A DNA stretch of 61,631 bases, filler included, from Perkinsus olseni (lineage: Eukaryota), in NCBI GenBank assembly GCA_013115125.1. It is 6 parts of 6 records of this genome, joined end to end, with 100 filler letters (N's around TTAATTAATTAA, not from the genome) between each part and the next. Parts side by side here need not be neighbours in the genome. Positions count along the whole stretch, not along the records: positions 41,293 to 51,463 come from JABANN010000896.1; positions 51,564 to 61,631 come from JABANN010000898.1; 4 more parts are not named here. One strand, written 5' to 3'. Shown here one piece after another: positions 49,358 to 61,631 of this stretch (its first letter is position 1; each line of letters starts with the position of its first letter). The notes beneath the pieces are model-generated. The model ran no database searches. It saw only the letters and a list, made by a program, of their open reading frames with translations, and was not told the DNA's origin. Both the position numbers and the translations under genes were made by a program.

Positions 49358-51300
49358 TTACCATTCGGTGCTGACTCTAGCACCCTTCCTCTTGAGCATC
49401 TTCACACCTCCGCCGTCCGCTAGACACCGGCACATCTTTTCGTATCTTTTCTTCGTTTTAGGATACATCGGAAGGAGCTTGACAACCTCCGCCCTCTTCA
49501 AAGCCACGGTCTCACTGAATCTGATGCACCTAGCCGTCCCTTCCCGTAGGCCCTCCAAAAACAACGCCAACTCGCCAAAGTAACCACCAGCATCCACAAA
49601 CTCCTCACGCTCGGCTCCTCCGAAGTACACCACCTTCACTCTACCACTTACCAAAAAATACATCGACGACGCCAACTCGCCTTCCTCATAGACGACATCA
49701 CCCGGAGCATGCGCCGCCTTGGTCAAGCATCGCTCGCACAACCGTCGCAACATCGACGATGGTATGTCCGACAAAAATGGGGTAATTCTGATACAGCTTC
49801 CCAGCAACTGCAGCATCACCTCTCCTCGGAGATGGTTGCTCATCAACCCCAAAATCCCCTCATCTCGATTTTTGTTTTCCTTCCCGAAATCCCGACCATT
49901 CGCCCACAAAAATTGTAAGTATCTTTTCACCTTCGTTTGCAATGGCAAAGGAACGTCCCGCTCCACCAAAAATTTCTTTATCGCTTTATTCTTCGCTCGA
50001 AACTTGGCCGACTCAGAATCCAGCGACCGAATCAACCCACCGATATTACCGATAAAAAATGCAAAGACTCCGCAGGCCAACAGCATCGTCAGCATTCCAA
50101 AAATTTGCTCTCGAGAATTTACGGGATGGATTTCGCCGTAGCCGACCGTAGTCATTGTCGCAAACGACCAGTACAGAGCCGCTATGTAGACTTCCAAGAT
50201 AGGCTTATCGCGGTAACCGAAAGCATCCAGCCAGGTATTCTCATGAGGGCTCTCCGAGGCCGCTACGATGTACCACACGCAAGCGATCCAATGGGCGATG
50301 AACAGCACAACTAGAACTAGCCTTGTTAACTGTAGGAGTACCGATACCGCCGCTGAGCTCACAGTGTCTTCAATCTGATCGCAAGAGACGGTGTAGTTTT
50401 AAGGATTGGGTACTCCCTCAACCCACCTTAGTTAGAAGCTTCTTTAATTTGAAAACCCTCAACAGTCGCAGGACCTTCAACAGTCGGATGAACTTGAAGA
50501 ATCGTAGCAATTGAACGCCTTCAAGATCCGAATCTGGCGCGACCCAATCGTAAGGGAAGGAGGCGACGAAGTCAAGCAGGAAGAGGGTCTCTACGTAATG
50601 CCTGGCGATTGATCTCAGACGGTACTCCTGAAAATAAGACGCCATCATTGTGGCTCGGAGGTAGCCTCCTACCAGCATCCCTGAAGCATAGTAGGCTGTG
50701 AAGAAGGTGAGTAGAACGTCCAGAATGAAGTATAGCGTGATGAGGGTTTCCCAAGCATGCCATGTCCCTTCAGGTTTCTGGTCAAAGCTCAGCCGGTAGG
50801 GTATTATGATACACTGAGAATGGACAACGGTGTGAACATGACCGAGAGATAACTGACTATCGACAACCCCATATTCAACATGGCGCCGAGTTGAACGGTT
50901 CAACTGCCAAACAAGACCATGCCCTCGAACCAAGTCGACACGGGAAGAGCTAGCGTCCAAAGCAGTGATTCGGATGGACTACAGGATTTCTTGGAAAGAA
51001 CAAGTGACTACAATGGAACAACGAACAATGGACTTAGTAACGCACAGTAGTGCTACTTCATAGAGGATGAGTATCATTCCAGCCAGGTCCCAAGCAACAT
51101 GGCCGAGACTCTCGGGCGACATGATATACCATGGCTTCTCCGACCCAGCAACAGCCGCGTCGGTAGTGGCACCTGATATGCAGGCATTCGATGGGGTTGA
51201 TACAGGACGATAATACTGGCGACTGGTGGTGGTTCTGTGTTGGCCTGCTCCTCTATGTAAAGCGAGCTGCTACGCCCGGTCAAGAGCGACATGTTGGTCC
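49358..51300 (-). CDS. Cyclic-nucleotide-binding-domain voltage-gated K+ channel (EAG/HCN-like), multi-exon
   Basis: S4 LLRFFKFIRLLKVLRLLRV, S5 AHWIACVW, pore ALYWSFATMTTVGYGEI, C-linker, and CNBD GGYFGELAL..R. Ends approximate. Confidence 0.88.
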
Positions 51301-51463
51301 ATGATCGAGAGACTAGGCTCATTAAAGCGAGACCTATGTGGTCACTGGAAGAGTCGGAAGCAGTCACAAGGCCTTCGCGACAAATGGGCGGGAATAATTT
51401 GAAACTGTCAGTAAATATCTGAATCGTCAGTCAGACCGCACGAAGAATCTGGCGGGGTTTACG

Positions 51464-51563
51464 NNNNNNNNNNNNNNNNNNNNNNNNNNNNNNNNNNNNN
51501 NNNNNNNTTAATTAATTAANNNNNNNNNNNNNNNNNNNNNNNNNNNNNNNNNNNNNNNNNNNN
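51464..51563. other. Artificial contig spacer
   Basis: N44-TTAATTAATTAA-N44. Confidence 0.98.
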
Positions 51564-51998
51564 TCCGTCGAGTTCAAAGGGTGGCGAGATTCCTGCTGTT
51601 TCTAGTGAACGGCCTGGTCAAGCCGGGAACACTACAATGATCATGTGCTATGATTGATGTTATCCCTCGTGGAAATATCTTAGCTTGAAGTTGACATATG
51701 TATCATCCCGCCGGGATCCCAAAAGAATCGATATCGTCTTTTGAATAGGACTCTTTCTTAGTCTTCCGAGGATCATGCCCTCCGCAAAATATTCGTCATA
51801 TCTAGAATCATCATCGCTGCCAGCGATGATGATTCTAGATATGACGGGTTCTCCCACTTCATGAAGATCACTGGAGGCGTGGAAGGTGCCAGAGATCGCT
51901 ATTCATGCACGGTCAGCAAGCAGGAGAGCCTGGCCGAGGGGGCCCACCTGCTTGCGAACATTGATGGAGATTGACACAACAGATGGTGAGATAGAAAC

Positions 51999-52655
51999 TC
52001 AGCTTGATGCTCTGCCACCATTCTTGTGGATACTCTCGAGTATTGTCTCACGCAAGATCGACACATGACGAGGGAGAACACCGAGTAAGTTGGCAGGAGT
52101 ACCATCACCCAGCAGGCTCGCCTGAAGTATTCGCTTCGCGAACTCCAGTACGTACACGCCACAATCACTGCAGTTGCTCTGTTTGCTGCACTCACCAACC
52201 GTAATACGAACATCACTATCGGTCAGTTTTTTACCGACACCACTAACCCATGAAGGCATCTTCCGTCCAGCAGCCGAGTCGTAGTAAACACCCGACCAAG
52301 GCCTTGATAACGCCGTACGAGACAGCACTAGCAGAGACCAGTGAGCACCACCGCAGGGCAGAGCAGGGTCGCTGTTATCGTTAAGAGGGACGATCAGGCA
52401 TCGTCTGTCCTGCACACGAAGACCATCGATGAGTAGGGCCAAGTCTTCCTCGTCGTCCTCGAAGCGTATTGCAAAGGCAGTGGATGGGTCCACCAGCAGG
52501 AGGTGCTCCCAATTGTTATGTCGGCTGTACTCGTCATACAGGAGTACATCGAAATAGTAGAGGATACACATATCATTCAACCACTCGCCTTCATGGAACA
52601 GTTCAGCATCAGACGGGAGAAGCCTTCCACTCGCCCAAGACACGACAGGAACCAT
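51999..52655 (-). CDS. SENP8: NEDD8-specific C48 cysteine protease (SENP8/DEN1-like)
   Basis: WLND, PLNDN..GGAHWSLL, YYDS and QSNCSDCGVYV give a His-Asp-Cys triad in a 218-aa protein. Confidence 0.85.
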   Translation of the reverse strand: MVPVVSWASGRLLPSDAELFHEGEWLNDMCILYYFDVLLYDEYSRHNNWEHLLLVDPSTAFAIRFEDDEEDLALLIDGLRVQDRRCLIVPLNDNSDPALPCGGAHWSLLVLSRTALSRPWSGVYYDSAAGRKMPSWVSGVGKKLTDSDVRITVGECSKQSNCSDCGVYVLEFAKRILQASLLGDGTPANLLGVLPRHVSILRETILESIHKNGGRASS

Positions 52656-52852
52656 TGGACGACGACGCCGAGGATCAGTGACTGCTGAGCGAGGATGTCA
52701 ATCAGCCGTAGGAAGCTACTCCCATCAGTATCCGTTGTCCCTCTATCGAGAATGACACTGGGAAACTCAAGAGCAGAATGATTAACGCTTGAACCGCTTG
52801 AACCAATTCACCATCACCACTGCAAATTGGGTAATGATACATATTATACAAA

Positions 52853-54076
52853 TCAGACGTGGATGGGAAGACTTTCACCGGGGTAGCCACCGTCGTCGTC
52901 AATGAGTGAATCATAGTGTATAACGAAGGAGGAATCTTGCGCCAGGTTACTGTACAGTTGTTGCTGGTCTCCAGCATCCCCACCCTTCGAGCTCGACCTC
53001 ACCCCCATATGCTGCACCAGCGATGGGTATGTACGAAGGATCTTCCCTTCTTGTTTGGCCCAGTTGAACTGGGAGAAATCGAGGTCGTATCCGTCGCCCC
53101 CCTGAGGCCCACTATCCAGCTCCCGCTGTAAGTAGTCTTTGATAGACTGTACCCGACCTTGTGGGTACGCAGTTGCCACGGTACTGGCACGAACGTTGGT
53201 CTCCATAAGACTGACGGGAGAATGCAATCCTACATAACGGAACTTTAGCAGTTGCTGTTTAGTAATCAACAATGCCAATAAAATAAGCATCCCGCTGACG
53301 GCGGAGGCGTACAGCAGGGCCTTCACTCGACTGGGCACTTGCTGACGTATAAACACCATAGTGAGGAGGGCCGAAGAGATAATAAAGAAGAGGATGAAGT
53401 AGGGGACGTCGACATCCTCGTAGCCCGACCAGTGGTCAGACACGAACAGCTTAACCATTGCAGTATCGGGGGCAGCCTTCCCGACGTATTTGTGGAACTT
53501 GGTGAGGAAATGGTCAGTCAGCATCGCATCGTTCTCAAAGATGATGCACCAAGTGGAGTTGAGCTTCATACATTCATCCAGGCCACCGATGTGATCGACA
53601 TAAAGATTCCTCCGCCACGAGTTATAGTCGAGCGTTGGCAATGGGTCCAGATCGATGACTTCCACTGAGGGAGAGTGTCGGGCTTGGACGGGGATATCCG
53701 GATCGCCACGATTGAGGATATGCAACACTGGGAGCGGTCGCGGAGCAGCACCATCGTCGTTGAGGGCTAGATACGACCAGAGGAAGGTCCTGATGTAGGG
53801 GCCCTGCCTGGGAGTGGTCAACACGACCAGGCTTGGTGAGGGCTCAAAGTAAACCTCCGCTTCCTTCATGAACTTATCGTGTGCAAGTCGCTTAACCCTC
53901 GAATGAGGATCGAGTGGAGAGTACGGCCAGGGGTCGAGGATGCCGTAGACCAAGAATAAGATACCGAGAGAGGCAACCACCACCAGCACCACCCAGGAAC
54001 GACGGCAGGAACCCGAACAATTGAATAGCCGAACAGCATTATAATACGACCTGACAGTCTTATGAAACCGTCGCAT
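52853..54076 (-). CDS. GT-A glycosyltransferase with inserted TM hairpin, PGAP4/TMEM246-like
   Basis: N-terminal TM anchor, IIFENDA (DxD-like), MVKLF, two internal TM helices, STVATAYP and a C-terminal PSLVQHMG..SS. Confidence 0.65.
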   Translation of the reverse strand: MRRFHKTVRSYYNAVRLFNCSGSCRRSWVVLVVVASLGILFLVYGILDPWPYSPLDPHSRVKRLAHDKFMKEAEVYFEPSPSLVVLTTPRQGPYIRTFLWSYLALNDDGAAPRPLPVLHILNRGDPDIPVQARHSPSVEVIDLDPLPTLDYNSWRRNLYVDHIGGLDECMKLNSTWCIIFENDAMLTDHFLTKFHKYVGKAAPDTAMVKLFVSDHWSGYEDVDVPYFILFFIISSALLTMVFIRQQVPSRVKALLYASAVSGMLILLALLITKQQLLKFRYVGLHSPVSLMETNVRASTVATAYPQGRVQSIKDYLQRELDSGPQGGDGYDLDFSQFNWAKQEGKILRTYPSLVQHMGVRSSSKGGDAGDQQQLYSNLAQDSSFVIHYDSLIDDDGGYPGESLPIHV

Positions 54077-54531
54077 ACTAGCAATGAGAAAGTTAACTGA
54101 GGACACGTCCCGAGAGGCTCAGCCATGGTGATTATAGTAACGCAAGAGAGAAGATCTCATCAGTCGAAAACACCGGATGGAGGGGAGGTACTTATACGAG
54201 GGGGCATGTGGTCTCAAGACAAACCCATAGATTCTCCCAATCGCCACCATTCCCTGATGTGAGCCTGCCAATCTCCTCCACTGGACGGGGCCGCTAAGAA
54301 GAAAGACGTCCGCGAGAAGCGTGGAAGGTGATGGTGGGACGTCTGCGACGTATCCCAGAAGAACGAGAATGTAAGTAGACTGGTGATACCAATCGCCGTG
54401 GCAGCAGCGATAGCGACGACGATGATGAATGAAACAAAGTTCTACATCGGATAACTCCGAATCAGAGTCGTCCATCAAGTTCAACCGCTTGATAATGAGT
54501 CAAATCAAATTATCAAGGCTTGATAATCAAG

Positions 54532-55182
54532 CTAAACATGCTGGAATTGGAGGTTATTACCAGTAGATTGTTGTTGTTCATGTAGTTTCCGACCGATCTT
54601 CAGCCATCTCCTCTTCACGTCTTCTATTTCATCCTCCTCTTCCCCCTCCAGCAGCATCGCTACGCTTCTCTGTGTCATATCAATAGTACTCACAGTACGA
54701 TTATCCCCCTCGCCGCCGCCTCTGCCGTCCACTACACCATCAGTGTCAGCCAGTAGTAATCTACGGATCATTCGAATCAGCTTAGCAGCGAAGGTGACAG
54801 CCGTCATGCAGTTGGAGCAGTCGTCCTCATCTTCAAACCGCTCGACTAGATCACTTTCCACATCCAACTCTAGCTGGGCGAAATATGTATCGCTCGACGA
54901 GGGCGAGGCCACCTACATGCCCACGACAACAACTTCACGCGCCACGAAATTGTCCACCAGTGCCCCTCTCACCTCTCCGTCATAACGCCCTGGGTCCCCC
55001 AGCTCTCCTCGGCGTGCTGCCGCTTCTAGACGCTGTGCTATGCACTCACATGCCTGGGTGTACGGCCATTGCCTGGGGTCAGCTGCTAGGCCGCTGTTGA
55101 GGGCTATGTCCATTACATAACGCTTACACGAGGATGATGGTGGCGCTGATGCCGGTGGGGAGACATCCCCGCCACCTTCCAT
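54532..55182 (-). CDS. Hypothetical acidic protein
   Basis: Two adjacent minus-strand ORFs that look coding and could be joined by a short intron. Confidence 0.35.
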
Positions 55183-55797
55183 TTTTCAAGTCCAATAGGT
55201 AGGTTACTAACAAGCGGTAGGTCGTCGGAGAGCAAGCTTGGCCTTGGTCACTTAGTTGAACTCAAACGTGAAGGAGAATGGTTGAAAAGAGATGATGAAT
55301 GAGAGGGGGGAGGAGGACACTGCACTTCATGCTTCGTTCTTTGTCGGCATCATGGATGACCTCATGCTGAGTGATCGTCATTAAAATAACAGCAGACTGG
55401 ACCATGATGATGATGGTTAGGGTAGTAGTAGTAGCATAAGCGATAATAATTAATGTACAATGATGATAAGGGGCAGTAACATGATGCAGAGGACAGTAGT
55501 ACTGGATGCCTAGATACATGTCTAGAGTACTATGACGATGATGATGATGAAGCTGTTGTCAATGCTGAGATGCCTGATGCGGCATATTAATTAGAATAAT
55601 AATAATACTACTGTTACTAGTCGCAGTGGTGATGTGATACTTCAGTTATAAATGATGATGATCCATATGTTATATAACGATGATGTATATCGGTACTATG
55701 CTGAACAACATGCACTTGAAGATGATGATGATGACTAATTAGGATTCACGACTGTAACGACTACTGCTGCTCCTCTAACCGTTCACAGAGGGGCTTC

Positions 55798-58017
55798 CTA
55801 ACAACTCCAACGATGATAAGGTGAATAGGGCGCCTGACGAGTAATAAAGCATGCGCGAATCGAACCCGGGTGAATCGATACACGAACCATCCCCTCTCCC
55901 GCAGTACCATCATGACCATCCTCCATCATATCCCCCTGATGACCCTCTCCCTTAGGTCCCAGTGTTGCCATTAGAGCATCGATTAAGAGCTGCAACTGTC
56001 TAGCTGTAAGATGATTGCCCCTAGACGCCCTGACGCCCTCCTCCCCAACCGTCCCCTGCTGCACAACCGTTGTAGTGGTGGTGGACTCTAGGGTGTGGGC
56101 GGCTGAATGATGGCTGTTGTTGCTGTCCAGGGAGTTCGATCCACACCTGATCACATTGGCCTTGAGCGAATTAGACCACGATCTATACGGAAGCGCCTCG
56201 CCATATTATCCACTACAACGGCTCATTAATGAGGACGCGATGTCCCATATGAGTAATGAGGAGCGATACACCCAGAATTTACTACCCCCATGAATATATC
56301 CGACGGAGGGATAGATCCCATGACCATTCTCACTGTAAGCAGACATTCAATCCAGCTGAGCCGGCGACCTCCACCAGCTCACCTCATCATCGCCCTCATT
56401 TTGGTATAATGAACTGTATCACCCTTAGACGCATTTGTAGCGGTAGAAAGACTTCCTAGTCCTTGGAGAGAGCCCGATGACCGAGCAGCACGGTGCTGCT
56501 GCTGGGAGTAGGTCTGAATGTAGGTAGGGGATAGTCACGAGGATTTCTGATGAAAATATTGCCAAATTGATAGCATGCTCGAAGAGATGAGGGTTCCCTT
56601 GAATAGCGTCCATTATCTCGCAAGCTGCAACAAGTACCCTACTGCTTGTACCAGTAATGCTCACTACTCGCTGAAAATGACAAACACGCATCGCTTCGCT
56701 CCGTCGCTCGAGGCTGCCCCACCTCCACCAGGCCATGGATGCGTGGCGAGATTTGAATGTGGACACCGCAACCCACCGCGAGATTCCTGCCCGGAAAACG
56801 GCGGTGCCTCGGATCGAACCCACGATGTCGACCTACTTGATCTCACTACCGTGTTGCCCCATTAGGACTCCCACGGCGGAATTGGGCACCACCAAACGCA
56901 TGACCAACGGGCGGGCTCGGCAACCGACACTGGTACAACCCTCCTGTCCGAAATGAGCGTATCGTAGTCTCAACGACGCATACTATTGCTATTAATCATG
57001 ATAATCAAGGCCCAGGCTGATGATGATGATGATGATGATGATGACACTGACTGGAGGCAGCCCAGATGGTGAGATACGATGACTCACTGCTACTGGCACG
57101 AAGCGCTAAGAGGAGGGTATTCGCCAGAATGACCTCACATCCCAGTCACGGAAGTAGGGCGATTTCGTCTCTTCTTGTACTTGTAAGATCTCATTACAGT
57201 ACTCGAACTTAGATGTTATATCCTGTAGTGCCTAGCCATCGATAGGTCCCTGGTTCTAGTCCCACACTCGTCAGTATTACTTCTCTAATGTTCATACTCT
57301 CCCCAAATATAACCAACACCCTCTCCTGTGTGCCGGGGAAGAAGCAACCGCTAGGTGACACTTTGATGGACACTCTCGCTGCCTGACTTCCACAAGGACA
57401 ATAGAAACCCATACTAACCATCATCTCCAACATCAAGGGAGAGGCTCTCATCATCACTAATAATATTTCCCCCACGTTACGAAATAAAGAGACACTGGTC
57501 ATGTCTCCGCCTGAGTTCACGACTACTAGAAGATGATAATTTTCATTATCAGCCTTCCGGTGATTATAACCTGTTCTATCTGGGAAATCTCCGAGCCACT
57601 CTTCCCTATGATCGCCCCAGCCTGCTTATGTGTAACCAATAGTTTGCAGGAGCACTTCTGGTGAGGACTCGTATCTGGCTGATGTCTGGAAGGTTGATAG
57701 ATCTCCCCTGAAAGACGCTCATCATTCTGAAGAGAAGGGCGACTCACCAGTCAGGGAGGAGTTACTGCAGCCACCAATGGTGGAGCAAGATACGGCTGGT
57801 GATGATGGACTAGGAGAGGCCACACTACTACCTATGATTTGGGGGATGATTGGTATGAACATGCATGTGAAGTACTTGCTGGCTGCCTGTAACTGTTCCA
57901 GTCAGGCCTACTGTAATGGCTGGTGGCGGCGTTCGACGAGGTCGTCGGGCAGACACTTGGGAGAGAGAACGATGGTTGTGCAGCAGCAGCAGAAGAAGAA
58001 GGGTGACGCTGCCACAA
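55798..58017 (-). CDS. KH-domain RNA-binding protein (NOVA/PCBP-like), multi-exon
   Basis: KLLVTHKQAGAIIGKSGSEISQIE, FFPGTQERVLVI, a second KH PNSAVGVLMGQHGSEIK, and RVVSITG. Ends approximate. Confidence 0.8.
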
Positions 58018-58140
58018 TGCTGACGATGGTACGAATGCTGCTGCGTGGGGGCTCAGGGTGGTGAAGCTGATAGAACATGAACGATAAAAGAGGATACATC
58101 AATCGTACACTACCCAACAGGATGACGACGATGAGGGCGG

Positions 58141-58181
<41 letters not shown>

Positions 58182-58406
58182 CATGATAGGACCAGAAGGG
58201 AGCATGGGAATTATGACGAAGCTAAGGCTGCAACAACGAGTATAACATCACGTCCAGCATTAACGGCATAAGGCAACAAAACATACTCCTCGACATGGCA
58301 CGATGCAGCACGAGCTCCTCGATCTCATCCAAGATCATCTCGCTGGTGATCGCCATCACGCTGGGGTAATATAAATCGGCCAAAAAGTTGTTCCGTTGTG
58401 TCTTAA

Positions 58407-60615
58407 TCACTCCCATTCTCTCAGGGCTCCTGTTAGTGACAGCATAGCCGTCGGGTAAGGGCCGCCAATTACCCTGCTCATACTGTAGTCCTTACAGCTG
58501 ACCTCAGGACACCATCCATCCTCACACAGGAAAAAAGAGCTGCCCCAGTGTATTCCGTCTCGTGACAGTTCCTGGCGGGCAAGAGTCATCTCATAGACAT
58601 CCCATAACACCTTCACGCCGTATCTCCGTGCAACCTCCATTGCAACTTCATTAGCTCTCCTCAGTCGTTTACGAGAGTAGAAGATATCATACGCGCAGGA
58701 CGATATACCACTAGCCCTCCCACAGGGACAGAGCCTCCCTACAGGTTGCTTAGTTGGCAGGAGGAGTACTAAACAGTCGAGGCATGAAGACGTCACTACC
58801 GATAACAATCTGTCCAGTATCATCTCATAGTGGCTGACACCAACTTTCTTTAGCGTGTGAAGATTCTCGCCCAAGATTATGACAGAAGGCTTTAACTGCT
58901 CAACACCGTCAGCAACGTCTTGGACACGACGCCAACCATTGAGGGCCATCACCTTCTCATCGCACAGGAAAGGATTCCTTGCATCGGAATACATGCGGTC
59001 GAAGGTGCCCCAGACCGATTTGAATTCCACGCTCAAGTCGCGCGTACTGAAAATTTCCGTCAACCCGGATGCCCTCCAAAACTTATACACCTCTTCCACA
59101 GTCGAATCACCAATAAACATGATCCCCCTTTTCTGATATCGACTGCTGCTGTGGGTCAGCAAACCTAGCGTATCTTGCAATTCCTCAACGCCCCGAGTAG
59201 AAGTCCTCCCACCCTTGGGAGCGAATCATATATAATTGTCGTACCCCGGCCAGTCCCTGACGGACCTTCTGCACTTCTTCATCGAACGTTTGAGAACACT
59301 ATGATGAACCCACAGTCCGCTCCTCGCCATACCAACTTTCTCACAAATCATCTTATGACCTACCCCCTCCACATGTATCACTGTAATCCTCGGCGACACT
59401 TCTACTCCTAGATACACCCCCGTAGCGTTCAGTGGCCAAAAATTGTCAACCGATGATAGTTTGAGGTAGCTCTTCGAAGCCCTCGCACAAATCCGTGTCC
59501 GATTGGGTCGTGAAATCTCAGGTTCGACCTCGGCCGCGCCAAAGATTCTCTCGATCCAAACTATCATAGAATATCTTCTTCCAACGAGCAGGTCGACATC
59601 TGCTGAGTATCTACACCTCCCATTGACCACTCCCGTGGAAATTAACTCCACAGGGAGGACGGAAGGTCCCCTGAGGACGCCAAAAAGCTCATCCGAGCAG
59701 CCATGCAGCCCACTAAGCATATGTGTCCGTTTCGGCCCTAGTACTGTAACAGCCAATACCATATCATCCGTTATACTAACATTCTCATAGTAGTACTTAC
59801 TCCGCTCCCTCCGACACCATTCATCCTCACTGCACCGCTCTTCACAGTTATTAACAGGGCATAACGTGTGAGTGTTGCCTCTAGTAGTCGACCCACAGTA
59901 GCCCCCATGCGTTCTAGTGGGTAGCTCCTTATGATGGCATGTACTGCTGCTGTCATGTTCGACAGTATCAACCCGCACTGATACGTTCAAGTGGGGTCTG
60001 TGCATCGGAATAGAAACCTGAACGTGTTTTTGCCAACCGTCATTAAATTCGGTTAAAATAACAAGAGAATAAGCAATACCGGAAGGCCTGGTGGCCTACA
60101 TGATGCAGAGAGGGTGTCTATCAGTTAAGGTGAGCCTCAGGATAGATGCTAGAGGTCTCTCTCAATCACTTTCGGAATAAATCCAAGAATCAATGCCGCG
60201 CCCCCTCACAACCTAGGACACCCAACCTAGGATTCACCGAATACCCCTAGTGACTGGCAGCAGTAGTAGGGTAGGAGTAGAAGCCAAGACTTGAGTCGAA
60301 GTGCAAGCGCTTTGGAAAGATACGACTGAGAATGTGCTCGACGACGGGAATATTAGGAGACCCAAAGAAGGGCGAGAGCCCGAGGGTCGGTAGTAGCAGT
60401 TCAGACGGATAACATTATCTCACCCGTTGTGTGCTTCGGGATGATGCATCTTTGATTGATGCGAAGTTAACCCAGGTTACCAGGATTCCCAAAGATATTA
60501 CACATGTTAAACACACCGATAGACTGTTCAGCAGCAGCCGACGGGGATGTCTCATTGACCAGAAACAAATCTGTGGAATTGTATCATAATCGAGAGTGTC
60601 ATTCATTGTGAACAA
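58407..60615 (-). CDS. Type II membrane SGNH/PC-esterase (NXPE/TBL-like) protein, multi-exon
   Basis: N-terminal TM (LSVCLTCVISLGILVTW), a Cys-rich stretch, an Ig-like segment (LRGP...GRCRYS), then IMFIGDST and SRDGIHW (GDS / DxxH). Confidence 0.7.
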
Positions 60616-61631
60616 CGGGACAGGTTCTAGTCATCAACAATCCCTCAGGACATACAACAGATTTTTAAGTCGAATACTCCCGGGAAACCCCAAGACAGAT
60701 GGAACATTCATCGAGGACTATGATGCTCTCAAGTGACCACTTACCGAATCGTATGGCACCTACCGAAAGTGACCTCTCACATTCCTCGATCTCGGGGACG
60801 TAGAGAAATGAGTCTCCTGTGCGTAAAACGATTAGTGATTGCCAAGGTTGGCTAGAACAATCGACGAATTCGTAACTTAGGAATCGTAAAGGCCCTGGGC
60901 CTCTAAAAAGAAGATTAATGTTGTCGTGTCGCAGGCGCGCACGCCATTGTTTGTGAGTGACGGGTGACCCAAAATGACGGGTGTGCGGATAGACCCAGGG
61001 TAGGTTTACGGCATCGAATCAGCAGTTAGCTGCTCTCCCATCAAACCAAAGATCCGGAAGAAGCGGCGTGGCGGCACCACTCCGCATCCGGTAAGTAAGA
61101 GATTAACTCGGAAGCTTGAAGTGAGAGCGGATAATTCCCGAGTTCCAAGGAAGCATCTTCGGTAGCTTGGGCAAGAGTTCGGGACCCGAACTTCAGGTAG
61201 CAGAAACCCGAACTCTTACCCAAGCAACCAGTGGTTGCTCTGTTGGGTCTCGAGAGGGGTTTCTGATTTCTGGCACGCTTGGATTTTGCCCTTCACCCGA
61301 GTGAGAGCTTATGCTACCCTGGCATGGCCAATACTACTTTCAGTCTCGATTTTCTCACACCCCGCAGGTCCCGGCCTCTATGAAGCGTTCACAACTCACG
61401 ACTCGTGAGTCAGGAGTCATCAATTCTCGCGAATGATTCGCGCGGCGAATCGGAGATCATTGCTATGCTGCTTCGCTCCCCCCCCCTATCCCCCCGTCCA
61501 ATGTTGTTATCTTAATTTTGAGTATCCGCGATTTGATTCTGCAGGATGAATCATAGCAGGGAGTAGCTGAGAGGCTCTCACTCAGACCCAATGAGTGCAT
61601 GAGGTTCGGCTAGCTCGTACAACATTGGCGG

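Noticed and set aside
55850-57275. B-box-like strings (CCCGGGTTCGATT near 55860; GTCCCTGGTTCTAGTCCC near 57250)
   Set aside because: They lie within the KH gene span with no accompanying cloverleaf, and are compatible with chance.

Overview
Eukaryotic nuclear DNA from an intron-rich alveolate, most likely Perkinsus (inferred from short GT-AG introns, an expanded intronless pepsin-like protease family, and PF16 and cytochrome c style). The window is not contiguous. It is six ~10 kb contigs in decreasing length order (1-10246, 10347-20573, 20674-30891, 30992-41192, 41293-51463, 51564-end), joined by artificial N44-TTAATTAATTAA-N44 spacers. Recognisable content: tRNA-Gln and tRNA-Lys; a divergent prephenate dehydratase; ArfGAP; an EF-hand/PPPDE peptidase fusion; two A1 aspartyl proteases (one pseudogenised); PF16/SPAG6; PP2C; cytochrome c; a WD40+M20 (Dug2-like) protein; a CNBD K+ channel; SENP8; a PGAP4-like glycosyltransferase; a KH protein; and an NXPE/PC-esterase. 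The most striking structure is an LTR retrotransposon with a 150-bp LTR, a PBS, a clear -1 frameshift site, and a clean ~360-bp inversion of the N-terminal half of its reverse transcriptase. Re-inverting that segment restores one continuous pol frame. Exon boundaries of spliced genes are approximate, and family calls rest on motif recognition by eye, not database searches.
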